Assembly (NCBI GenBank): GCA_963663225.1 | Contig: OY760142.1 | Span: 384,001-448,000, forward strand | Direction: 5' to 3' | Source: Nitrospirota bacterium | Lineage (GTDB): Bacteria; Nitrospirota; UBA9217 | DNA length: 64,000 nucleotides | The notes under the pieces: model-generated | The model's database searches: none | What the model was told of the DNA's origin: nothing | What the model saw: the letters and a program-made list of their open reading frames with translations, nothing else | Translations under genes and position numbers: made by a program | Shown here: one piece after another, positions 55,223-64,000 of the stretch | How positions within the stretch are numbered: position 1 is the stretch's first letter | Layout of the letters: each line of letters opens with the position of its first letter

Positions 55223-57619
55223 TTATGCATCCAAGTTTTCCCTTATTTTTTTCAGTAATTCTTGCGGTTCAAAAGGTTTTGAAATAAAAACAAAGTCTTT
55301 AATTGCTGTCCCTCTTTCATTAAGAATGTTACCGGTATAACCACTCATAAATATCGCCTTTATGGTAGGGTTTATCTTCTTGATGATTTCATAAACTTCC
55401 TTTCCGTTTTTTCTCGGCATAGTAACATCAAGAATAAGTAATTGAATTATTTTATTACTCTCTTTATATTTTTTTACCGCTTCTTCACCGTCTGCCGCTT
55501 TTATAACTTTATAACCGTATTCCTCTAGAATGTACTTTGTGTAATTCATGACAGCCGGCTCGTCTTCTGCAAGCAATATTGTCTCTGTGCCTCCTAATAA
55601 AATAGGAAGCTGAACCGGCTCATCTTTTTCTATTTCCGCCTCAATTAGGGGTAAAAATATGCTAAAAACGGTTCCTTTATTGATACTGCTGCTTACACCT
55701 ATAAAACCGTTATGCTGCTTGACTATACCGTATACTATTGAAAGTCCTAGTCCCGTTCCTTTTCCCACCTCTTTCGTAGTAAAAAACGGATCGAATATTT
55801 TTTTTAAAATATTATCCTCGATACCTGTTCCTGTGTCACTGACGGTAATGAGTCCATACTTACCTACTTTTCCGAACTCATTTTTCTGTATAAATTCATC
55901 ATCGATCATCTCTTTTCGTACTTCTATAAGCAGTTGGCCTCCATTTGGCATAGCATCACGCGCGTTAGTTGCAAGATTCAACAGGACCTGCTCTATCTGT
56001 CCACTGTCAGCCAATACTGTTATATTCTCACTTTGAAGCAATCCCGTTTTTAAATCGATATCTTCACCAATCGCCCGAGATATAAAGCTGATTATTTTTT
56101 CTATTACACTGTTGAGATCTACTGGCTTTGGATTTATTATTTGTTTTCTACTGAAAGCGAGAAGGCTCTTTGTCAGTTGAGCTGCTCGATTTGAAGCTAC
56201 AAGAATTTGCTCTATATTCCGTTTAAGAGACTCATCCTTGATTTTTATTTGCAGAATGCTGGAAAAACCGATAATCGCCGTCAAAATATTGTTGAAGTCG
56301 TGAGCAATTCCGCCTGCAAGAATACCGATTGATTCCATTTTTTGCGAGTGATAAAGTTGTTGCTCAAGTTTTATCTTTTCTGTTATATCATTCAAAATTT
56401 CTATTGTATACATGATGTTATTGGACGCATCCCTAATCGGATATGATCTTACATCCAGATATGTCGTATCAGTATCATTTTTTGAATATGCATGAACCGT
56501 TGTGGCCGGATCACCCGTATTGAATGTGTGCATTACAGCGCAAACTTTCCCACAGTCTCCACAGGGTCTTTTAGTTTTTAGATACACCTCATAGCAGTTT
56601 TTACCTATAACTTCCTCTCGTGATGATTCGACCAATTCGCAATAGGCACGGTTTGCAGTAACAATTTTGTAATCCTGATCAACGACCACCAGGCATTCGC
56701 CCATACCTTCAAATATGCTACTGAGGAAATGTATCGTTCTACGATTTTCAGTCACATCCTCAACAATACAAGCTATACGGTAATATTCGCCCTCTGCATC
56801 CTTGATTAAAGTTCGCTTGAATTTCACCCATCTCAGCATACCATTGTAATGAATGATCCGGCAGTATTTTTCAGCAACTTCTTCTCTGTTTTCATTAATA
56901 TCGTACAAAATGGGTTCGCGATCTTCTGTATGGATGCAATTCAACCATATTTTAGGATTTTCATAACAGGCTTGCGCAAAAATTCCGAAAATCTTCTCAA
57001 ATCTCGGGCTCACATACAACATTCTTTCTGAATTTAATGATATTAATAAAAATGCAGCATCGGTGCTCGCTGCTAGTTGGTGAAAACGATTTTTACTCTC
57101 TCTAAGTTCTTGTTCGATCCGTCTTCGTTCGACTATTTCTGTTGCTAGCATCTCTTTAACTTTGGCAAGGTCGTGAGATTGCAAAAAAGGTTGCGGCTCA
57201 GATTCCTCTTGGCTACTCTTGTGGACAGATTCTGTGAATGAATCGCTTTCGCTTTTCTCGATAAGGCATTCAAACCATTTCAATTTTCCTGATTCGTCGT
57301 ATTTCTGGTTCGCTATTAGCCAACACCAGATAACGTTTCCAGTCTTTGTCTTCATAGCTATTCTTTTCTTTTTTAGTGAGCCACAACGCTTCAGTTCTTC
57401 AATTGCAACTTCTCTGTCCCGCGGATTATCGTACAGGTTACATGAAGAAATATACAATAACTCTTTTGCGGAATCGTACCCCAAGAGTCGAGCTATACTT
57501 TGATTCGCACAGACGATTCTTGAATTGGCAACTTCGTTTTTATAATAACCAATTTTCATATCGTCTATAAACTTATCGATATGCGCAGGAATGTAATCGT
57601 TAGTGTTTTCTTCAGGCAT
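55223..57619 (-). CDS. Soluble hybrid histidine kinase (3 PAS, HisKA, HATPase, REC)
   Basis: AHDFNN, NLATNARDAM, GKGTGLGL, REC AEDE...ILDVTMP. Confidence 0.94.
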   Translation of the reverse strand: MPEENTNDYIPAHIDKFIDDMKIGYYKNEVANSRIVCANQSIARLLGYDSAKELLYISSCNLYDNPRDREVAIEELKRCGSLKKKRIAMKTKTGNVIWCWLIANQKYDESGKLKWFECLIEKSESDSFTESVHKSSQEESEPQPFLQSHDLAKVKEMLATEIVERRRIEQELRESKNRFHQLAASTDAAFLLISLNSERMLYVSPRFEKIFGIFAQACYENPKIWLNCIHTEDREPILYDINENREEVAEKYCRIIHYNGMLRWVKFKRTLIKDAEGEYYRIACIVEDVTENRRTIHFLSSIFEGMGECLVVVDQDYKIVTANRAYCELVESSREEVIGKNCYEVYLKTKRPCGDCGKVCAVMHTFNTGDPATTVHAYSKNDTDTTYLDVRSYPIRDASNNIMYTIEILNDITEKIKLEQQLYHSQKMESIGILAGGIAHDFNNILTAIIGFSSILQIKIKDESLKRNIEQILVASNRAAQLTKSLLAFSRKQIINPKPVDLNSVIEKIISFISRAIGEDIDLKTGLLQSENITVLADSGQIEQVLLNLATNARDAMPNGGQLLIEVRKEMIDDEFIQKNEFGKVGKYGLITVSDTGTGIEDNILKKIFDPFFTTKEVGKGTGLGLSIVYGIVKQHNGFIGVSSSINKGTVFSIFLPLIEAEIEKDEPVQLPILLGGTETILLAEDEPAVMNYTKYILEEYGYKVIKAADGEEAVKKYKESNKIIQLLILDVTMPRKNGKEVYEIIKKINPTIKAIFMSGYTGNILNERGTAIKDFVFISKPFEPQELLKKIRENLDA

Positions 57620-57728
57620 AAACCACTCTCTTGTTTTCCTATTTTGATTAAATTAGGAATAAGATAATAGCAATCTACCCAACGTTATCGTCCAATCGTT
57701 TTGCCAGCAATCTTTGCAAAATATCTAT

Positions 57729-57749
57729 ATAGTTGGTAATACCAACTAT
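57729..57749. promoter_or_regulatory. Perfect palindrome, candidate MarR-type operator
   Basis: ATAGTTGGTA-a-TACCAACTAT (10-1-10) between the MarR stop and the kinase start. Confidence 0.55.
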
Positions 57750-57764
57750 TATGCCAAAAAAAAA

Positions 57765-58196
57765 TTACTTTATTAAATTTTCGTGAGCTTTATGTAAGAC
57801 CTTATTGCATATTTCCATTTCTTGCTCTGTAATCCCTCTCCGCAACTGCTGAAAGATCTTTTCCGCCAAAATTATTACTCCATGTATTACGCTCTCACCT
57901 CGCTTCGTAATATAAATGATTTTTTCTCGGCCATCCAAGGAGTTTTTCTTGCGGAGTATAAGTTTTTGAGATTCTAAGCCAACCGCAAGATGAGCCATTG
58001 TTGTTTTATCTTTGAACAGCTTCTGAGCGAGCTCCCACTGCGATTGACCGTTTTGCTCCCATACCTGAACTAGAACCGATATGTGCTCAGCCGTAATTTT
58101 GTAGCTATGTTGTGTCAATTCTTGGTTTAACTTCTTCTGAAAAGCCCTTGATAAAAGAGTTGCCTGAATAGTAATCGATCCTTTAGTTGTATACAT
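57765..58196 (-). CDS. MarR-family transcriptional regulator
   Basis: IT.E...VL...W...G.SQ.ELA....KDKTT, DGREKIIYITKRG. Confidence 0.9.
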   Translation of the reverse strand: MYTTKGSITIQATLLSRAFQKKLNQELTQHSYKITAEHISVLVQVWEQNGQSQWELAQKLFKDKTTMAHLAVGLESQKLILRKKNSLDGREKIIYITKRGESVIHGVIILAEKIFQQLRRGITEQEMEICNKVLHKAHENLIK

Positions 58197-58603
58197 TAAA
58201 TATACCTTTTTGTGCAGTTTTATGCAACAAAAAATTGCAAAAAATCACCTCGCAACATACTGATTTTATGGAGATAACTCAGGTATTTCGCTAAAAGTAT
58301 CTATTTATTTAACATTCGAGACACTTAAGCTTTTTCTGAATATTACCTGCTTTTTTACTCCAAAAGCTGTTCGCTAAATTTCTGTCCATCTGGGGTTCAA
58401 TTTAATTGGGGAAAAAATGAAGATAAGGTACGATAAAAAAGTTTAAATTCGCGAAATTATACACTTAAGGTGTGCATAACAAAAGGGCTTTTTTTTGATA
58501 TGTTTTCAATTTTAATAATCGGCTTCAAATAAGATAATACGGCTTTCTAGTCATTTACTTGTCATGTACTAATATCTACGCTGAAGGAGGCCTTAACCGC
58601 AAA

Positions 58604-59251
58604 TTAATCTTTAAATATATATTGAAAATTCGTAGCCGCTAGCAAATCTCCCATATTCGATTCGATGTGATTTCTCATTTTTTTTTCGGCCATTGCCGGA
58701 TTTTCAGCCAAAATGGCGTCAATTATCTCTATATGCTCTTCCAAAGAACGATTTATCCGTCCCGGAATATAGCCGGCCGGATTTAAAAGTCGTATGCTCT
58801 GATTGTCAAGCTTATTCATAATGCCTATCAGACGTTTATTTCCAGTCGAATCAATTATAAGCCGGTGGAGATCGTGGATATCATTGGTGTACACTTGTTT
58901 TTTTTGTTCAAGTAATTTAACTGTAATCTTTCTGATTTCCTTGACTTTTTCTTTTTCAATCCGTTTCACACACACTGACGCTGCAAAAGGTTCAAAAAGA
59001 AGCCGTAACTGAAAAATTTCATAAATATCTACAGGTGAAATGGTGGTCACTATGGCGCGATTATTGATAACAGTAATTAATCCTTCGGATTCGAGCCGGA
59101 TGAGTGCTTCGCGAACTGGTGTGCGGCTCATATTAAGGTTATCCACTATCCACTTTTCCGTAACAGGGGAACCAGGCTTTAATTCAGATTTAAAAATGGC
59201 ATTCCTTATGTAATCGTAAGCGACTTGACCGTTATTTGATGTTTTCCGCAA
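58604..59251 (-). CDS. GntR-family (FCD) transcriptional regulator
   Basis: AYDYIR..I....LKPG..V.E, MSRTPVREAL..LE.EGL, LH..I....GN..L, EH..I..AI; AGGAG RBS with TTG start. Confidence 0.92.
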   Translation of the reverse strand: MRKTSNNGQVAYDYIRNAIFKSELKPGSPVTEKWIVDNLNMSRTPVREALIRLESEGLITVINNRAIVTTISPVDIYEIFQLRLLFEPFAASVCVKRIEKEKVKEIRKITVKLLEQKKQVYTNDIHDLHRLIIDSTGNKRLIGIMNKLDNQSIRLLNPAGYIPGRINRSLEEHIEIIDAILAENPAMAEKKMRNHIESNMGDLLAATNFQYIFKD

Positions 59252-59279
59252 GATAATCTCCTACTATATAAATACCATA

Positions 59280-59318
59280 AATAAAAATCCCCAATCTTCA
59301 TAATCAAGATTGGGGATT
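59280..59318 (-). terminator. Intrinsic terminator between riboswitch and GntR gene (likely expression platform)
   Basis: AATCCCCAATCTT-gattatg-AAGATTGGGGATT then TTTATTT on the minus strand. Confidence 0.8.
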
Positions 59319-59374
59319 AATCGACAAAAACGTTAATCCACACAACATCTCAACGCCGAAGAGTGTGTGAAAAC

Positions 59375-59540
59375 ATAAAGGCCGGTCTTCTGGCTTTCCC
59401 TTCTCTACTTACCTTCCCAGCCTTGTTCCAAGCCAGTGATAAGAGCATAGCAGAGAACTTTGATCCCCTACTGCGGGATCGGGATTACAGCGGCGGGTCC
59501 GCTCCCGATTCTCACGGGATTCCCATAACCTAAATGTCGT
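59375..59540 (-). ncRNA. Cobalamin riboswitch
   Basis: Minus strand AGGTTATGGGAA-TCCCGTGAGAATCGGGA-GCGGACCCGCCGCTGTAA...CACTGG...CTGGGAAGGT...AAGCCAGAAGACCGGCC (B12 box), elements in canonical order. Confidence 0.92.
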
Positions 59541-59556
59541 AAAACATATTTATAAT

Positions 59557-59585
59557 TTTATAACATAAAACGGCTCAAAAGTCAA
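59557..59585 (-). promoter_or_regulatory. Sigma70 promoter upstream of the riboswitch
   Basis: TTGACT-N17-TATAAA with extended -10 TG. Confidence 0.6.
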
Positions 59586-59639
59586 AGAATTCTCTCTCGA
59601 CTGAAAAGAATGATTTGACGCTTGCTGGTATTTTTCGCG

Positions 59640-60812
59640 TTAATTATTTTCGTTCAATTCCGGATATTTGATTAAAAAACTCAGCAAACACCCGATTATT
59701 GGAAGGACAATAATAAAGTGCAGTGCAGAAAGGACGCTATAATTATCCGCAATTACGCCTAAAAGAGTTACTCCCAGTCCTCCTGTTCCAATGGAAAAAC
59801 CTACCGTAAGTCCTGATGCCATGCCAATGTTGTTCGGCAGGAGGCGCTGAGCCATGGCGACAGTAATGGAAAATGAGGAAATAAGGACTACACCGAGAAT
59901 ACCGAATACAATAAACAAATAAACTCCATTGGCATAAAATATAAGTGGCAGTACGAGAGCTGTTAACGCTAATGAGACAATCATAAAGCGCTTATGGCCC
60001 CATCGGTCTGCGAGTCGTGCGCCGAGAAGCGTGCCGATAACCGAACTCAGCAGAAACACTGATACAAGTTTTCCCGCATACATCGGATCTCCCTTTAAGT
60101 AGTCCTTGTAATAAAAAGGAATATACGTTAAAAGACCGAACTGGGTCCATGATCTCATAATGACAACGCCGATAATATAAGAAAGAGCTATATAGGCTCT
60201 CCTGTTACAATTGCTTTTTATAGCAGTTTTTTTGCTTATACTATGCGCCCTCGTTGGGATTGTAATAGCTTTCCAATAAACGCTTATAAGTACTATAAAA
60301 ATAAAGGCGGGGATAATCATTACAGGAAGATATATCAGACCATAATGCGTAATTACATAAATAGTAAGAAATGGTCCGATCGCAAATCCTAGATTTCCAC
60401 CAACCGAAAATACCGATAAACCTGTGGCTATCTTTTCTCCGGTGAAATAGGAAGCGGTTTTAAAACCCTCAGGATGATAAGCAGAAATGCCGAGACCGCT
60501 AAGAAGAACAAGCATAAGAACAACGATATACTGAGAAGGAAAAATTACAAGGGAAAAACCCAATCCGGCAAAGAGGCATCCTAGTGGCAAAAAAACAGGC
60601 TTTTCTTTTTTGTCCGAAATCATGCCGAAGAACGGCTGAATAACCGACGAGGCAATGTGCGACGCAATAAGAATAAATCCGGCCATCGTATACGAAAGAT
60701 TAAGTTTATCTTTCAGAAACGGTAATACTGCGATCAAGGCTCCATTGTATATGTCCACCACGCAATGCCCAAAGGACAGCAGTATAAGCTCTTTTAGCCT
60801 GAATTTATTCAT
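59640..60812 (-). CDS. MFS transporter, Fsr (fosmidomycin resistance)-like
   Basis: GH..VD.Y, SS.IQP.FG..SD, AYHPEG, FSVGGNLGFAIGP, GARLADRWG. Confidence 0.9.
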   Translation of the reverse strand: MNKFRLKELILLSFGHCVVDIYNGALIAVLPFLKDKLNLSYTMAGFILIASHIASSVIQPFFGMISDKKEKPVFLPLGCLFAGLGFSLVIFPSQYIVVLMLVLLSGLGISAYHPEGFKTASYFTGEKIATGLSVFSVGGNLGFAIGPFLTIYVITHYGLIYLPVMIIPAFIFIVLISVYWKAITIPTRAHSISKKTAIKSNCNRRAYIALSYIIGVVIMRSWTQFGLLTYIPFYYKDYLKGDPMYAGKLVSVFLLSSVIGTLLGARLADRWGHKRFMIVSLALTALVLPLIFYANGVYLFIVFGILGVVLISSFSITVAMAQRLLPNNIGMASGLTVGFSIGTGGLGVTLLGVIADNYSVLSALHFIIVLPIIGCLLSFLIKYPELNENN

Positions 60813-60867
60813 ATAACTTTTTTGAATCTATCTAGATATCTTTTATGAGGATTTGTGTTTTTGCTTC

Positions 60868-61524
60868 TTATCCCATAGGCCATGATCCAACCATATTATG
60901 TTCCAGCTCCTGTAATTCTGCAGTTGATGATATGCAAATTCCCAAGTCATTGAGAAGTCCATCGGAAATTCCATATATCCAACCGTGAATAGTCAGTTGC
61001 TGCCTTTTATTCCATGCTGATTGAACAATTGTGGTGTTGCAGACGTTTACAACTTGCTCTATCACATTAAGCTCGCAGAGCCGGTCTAGCCGCTGATTTG
61101 GATCAGTCGTATACATTATCTTATCGGATCTTCTACGATACGTATCGCGTACATGACTCAGCCAGTTAGATAGTAAACCATGAGGACTGTTTTCTATGGC
61201 CGCCCTAATCCCTCCACAGCCATAATGCCCGCATACAATAATGTGTTTTACCTGTAAAACTTCTACTGCATACTGAATAACTGAGAGGCAATTCATATCT
61301 GAGTGAATAACCAGATTAGCTACATTGCGATGGACAAATAGTTCTCCAGGAAGCAGGCCGACTATTTCATTGGCGGGGACGCGGCTATCCGAACATCCAA
61401 TCCAGAGATATTCAGGCGATTGCTGCTCTGCCAATTTTTTGAAAAATTCAGGATTGGACTGTGTAATTTGTGTTGCCCATTGCCTGTTGTTTTCGAATAA
61501 CTGAGTTAATTTTTTCAACTGCAA
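60868..61524 (-). CDS. can: Beta-class carbonic anhydrase
   Basis: QSPEYLWIGCSDSRVP, GELFVHRNVAN, CGHYGCGG, ELNV.EQV; AGGAG RBS with TTG start. Confidence 0.95.
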   Translation of the reverse strand: MQLKKLTQLFENNRQWATQITQSNPEFFKKLAEQQSPEYLWIGCSDSRVPANEIVGLLPGELFVHRNVANLVIHSDMNCLSVIQYAVEVLQVKHIIVCGHYGCGGIRAAIENSPHGLLSNWLSHVRDTYRRRSDKIMYTTDPNQRLDRLCELNVIEQVVNVCNTTIVQSAWNKRQQLTIHGWIYGISDGLLNDLGICISSTAELQELEHNMVGSWPMG

Positions 61525-61706
61525 TACTCTCCTGTATTATCAGATAGCAAACATACCTCATGGTTTGATTTGTTTGAATCATGTACTACAAATACAGTGG
61601 ATATTACTCAGCATCCATTATAAGTAATGGTTTACTTAGTAGATTATATATTATGCTACCATTTTCTCGAAAGCCGTATTCATATTCAGGCTTTTTGTGT
61701 CTTCGT

Positions 61707-62366
61707 TCACCTCAAAATCGTGTACGTAATCGGGACTTCGATCCAGCCATTCACATGCGGCAGCGGGCCCGCACGATAGACAGTTCTGACAGATGCAGCA
61801 TCAAGGATTTTTGACCCCGAGCTTTTTATGATCTCCACCCTCTCTACATTACCCGAGTGCAACACCCAGAACCGGACCCGCACGACCCCTTCGATCCCCC
61901 GTTCACGCGCGATGCGGGGATATGTTTTCGCCCGCTCCAGCGCAGCCTGGATCAGCTGCCACTGATCAGGCGACAGAACACCGGGCCGGGAACCCGGTTC
62001 ACCGCCTGTGTCCTGTGGTATTGTTTTCGTATCTGATACGCCCTCGTTCTCTGGCGTGCCTGATGCAGCCGCTGTTGACGCAGTTACCACATGAAGGGTT
62101 TCATTCGCGTCGGCTTTTTGCAACGGTTCGGAATCGCGTACTGCGGCAGACGGTGGCCTTGACTGAATGTTCCGGGATCGGGACGCGGTCTGCTCGATTT
62201 TTCCGGCAATCTGATCTGCCCCTATGAGCGTCACCGTAATCACATTGGATTTCCCGAGCAGATGCCCGTAGTGCGCGAATGCCAGCGCGCTGCCGAACAG
62301 CAGAATATGTATTCCGAGAGAAGCAATGAGTGAGCGCTGAAATGTCATAGAATTTACTTTTAACAT
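61707..62366 (-). CDS. tonB: Energy transducer TonB
   Basis: TM with SxxxH (SLGIH); YPRIARERGIEGVV.V.F, SSG..ILD.A. Confidence 0.88.
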   Translation of the reverse strand: MLKVNSMTFQRSLIASLGIHILLFGSALAFAHYGHLLGKSNVITVTLIGADQIAGKIEQTASRSRNIQSRPPSAAVRDSEPLQKADANETLHVVTASTAAASGTPENEGVSDTKTIPQDTGGEPGSRPGVLSPDQWQLIQAALERAKTYPRIARERGIEGVVRVRFWVLHSGNVERVEIIKSSGSKILDAASVRTVYRAGPLPHVNGWIEVPITYTILR

Positions 62367-62447
62367 TATAGCCTGCAGACTGTTTTTAGCAGTCCCGGGT
62401 GAAAATGTCTTCCCGCACGATTCGTGCGGGAAGACCTATAGCCTGTT

Positions 62448-64000
62448 CTAGAATCTGACTGTCAACCCTCCATACACCTCCGTAGGTGGCATGGGATATC
62501 CTGCGGAGACGTTGTAGGACCGATTGGTAATGTTTTTGATTCCTGCGAACAAATCGGCCTTGGCATACTTCCACAATTCAACTGGTTGAAGAATCTTCAT
62601 GTCCAGCACGCCGTAGTGGCTCGTCGGGTTTGATGTCCCGAGTGATTGGACCCAGTAGTTTCTGACGTATCTGCCTTCAAGATAAATATTTGTCTTAACC
62701 TTCGGGACCGTATAGCTGATATAGCTTTTAATCTGTTCCGCGGGCGCACCGGCAACATAGTCTCCCGTGTCCAAGTCCCGTGTGTCCATTCCCGTATAAT
62801 TGACTCCCCACACCAGTGCGTCAAAGAACGTGGCTTTTGCTTCCGCTTCGAATCCCGTGATACGCGCCCTGCTGAAGTTTGTCGGTTTGTAAACAAAATT
62901 ATTGTCCGGCATCCAGACGATCAGGTTCCTTGCATGGCGTTCAAAAACCGTGAACTTGATTGAACGGCCTTTTCCCAGCGGCTGCTCAATCCCTCCTTCA
63001 TACTCCGCTGACTTCTCAGGCTTGAGGTCGGGGTTCCCGGCTGTCCAAGGCGTGGCCGGCCAGTACAAATCGTTGAACGTAGGCGCCCGGTATGATTCTC
63101 CGGCAGAGGCCCTGATGATTGTCCCGGTGGGGCCTACAAGATAACGGGCGCTCGCCTTCGGGCTGAAATTGTCCCCGAAGACCGAATGGTTGTCATATCT
63201 GCCGCCTACAACGAGAATGAATGCATCTCCGATTGAAATCTCATCCTGAAGGTACAGCGCGCGCTGCGATGCGGAGTGTTCTCCCAAAGAACCCTGCAGG
63301 GGGTCCTGGCTGTCCACATGATCAGCATGAACTTCCCCTCCCACGGTCAGAACATTTGACAGGAACGACAGAGGGGCCGTACGCCAGTTCGTCTGCAGTT
63401 CCGAGTTTATTCCGGATAGGATGTGCTTGCTGTCATCACTGAACGGGTTCTTGAACAGCATTTTGTTCCGGTACATGTTCAGCGTTGCCCGCATATCCAT
63501 ATCTTTTGTAAAGGCGCTCCGGAAGGTAAGCCCCATGTCCGCGTTCCGGTCCCATTGCCGTGCTAAGGGAGTCAGGTACGTTAAGGAACCCGGCGCTCCG
63601 TTCTCCTTTTCTATATAATTCGCGGCAAGCTCAAGCGATGTATTCGTCGAAAAGTCATACCCGATCTTCCCGCTCGTTGCTGTTTTGTCATAATCGCTGT
63701 TTACGCGATACCCGCCTGCTTTCTCCTTGTTCGCAGAGATGTTGTAGTAAAAATTTCCGATTTTGCTTCCATTCCCTGCACCGAGGGTCCAGTAGCCGTG
63801 ACTGCCGCCAGCGCTGGTTATGGATGATTCCAATCCGGTCGGTTTTTTGGTTATAATATTGATCACACCGCCGAGCGCATCCGCGCCGTACAGGGCCGAC
63901 GACGGGCCGCGCACAATCTCTATCCGCTCGATATTCTCAACCGGCACCGGCAGAATGTTCAAATCAAATCCGCCCGACTGCGACGAATTCAGCCGCCTGC
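62448..64000 (-). CDS. TonB-dependent receptor, BtuB/CirA-like (5' partial, runs off window)
   Basis: IERIEIVRGPSSALYGADALGGVINIIT, RAPTFNDLY, GNPDLKPE, C-terminal F; frame open to window edge. Confidence 0.93.
   Translation of the reverse strand, partial: RRLNSSQSGGFDLNILPVPVENIERIEIVRGPSSALYGADALGGVINIITKKPTGLESSITSAGGSHGYWTLGAGNGSKIGNFYYNISANKEKAGGYRVNSDYDKTATSGKIGYDFSTNTSLELAANYIEKENGAPGSLTYLTPLARQWDRNADMGLTFRSAFTKDMDMRATLNMYRNKMLFKNPFSDDSKHILSGINSELQTNWRTAPLSFLSNVLTVGGEVHADHVDSQDPLQGSLGEHSASQRALYLQDEISIGDAFILVVGGRYDNHSVFGDNFSPKASARYLVGPTGTIIRASAGESYRAPTFNDLYWPATPWTAGNPDLKPEKSAEYEGGIEQPLGKGRSIKFTVFERHARNLIVWMPDNNFVYKPTNFSRARITGFEAEAKATFFDALVWGVNYTGMDTRDLDTGDYVAGAPAEQIKSYISYTVPKVKTNIYLEGRYVRNYWVQSLGTSNPTSHYGVLDMKILQPVELWKYAKADLFAGIKNITNRSYNVSAGYPMPPTEVYGGLTVRF

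Overview
Bacterial window of roughly 50% GC (judged by eye), with an AT-richer segment at about 46.6-61.6 kb. Gene content suggests an anaerobic or microaerobic diderm such as Nitrospirota or Desulfobacterota; this is inference only. Contents, left to right: a partial HtrA protease; an HxlR-linked nitroreductase/flavoprotein cluster; hybrid PAS histidine kinases (four across the window, one coupled to an EhuB-like binding protein); MFS transporters; a quinol-dependent NO reductase module with a frameshifted hemerythrin-like gene; and many accessory genes. The AT-rich segment holds two decayed tRNA-fMet att-like junctions, a repeat beta-propeller lipoprotein, a decayed IS3, a CheA-less sigma28 chemotaxis cassette, a cobalamin riboswitch in front of a GntR regulator and a beta-carbonic anhydrase. 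The window ends with TonB and a partial BtuB-like receptor. The best candidate for an undescribed system is a compact RiPP biosynthetic locus at 26.0-30.7 kb. It encodes a 65-aa precursor ending ECGCCCAYANYCPNK with its own promoter, RBS and downstream hairpin, a radical SAM/SPASM enzyme, an MFS exporter and a convergent cobalamin-binding radical SAM methyltransferase. Other leads are a signal-peptide ORF ending in RAPP (candidate arrest peptide), the B12 riboswitch-GntR pairing, and an orphan four-cysteine C-terminal module fused to two different sensor inputs. All family calls come from motif recognition; no searches were run.
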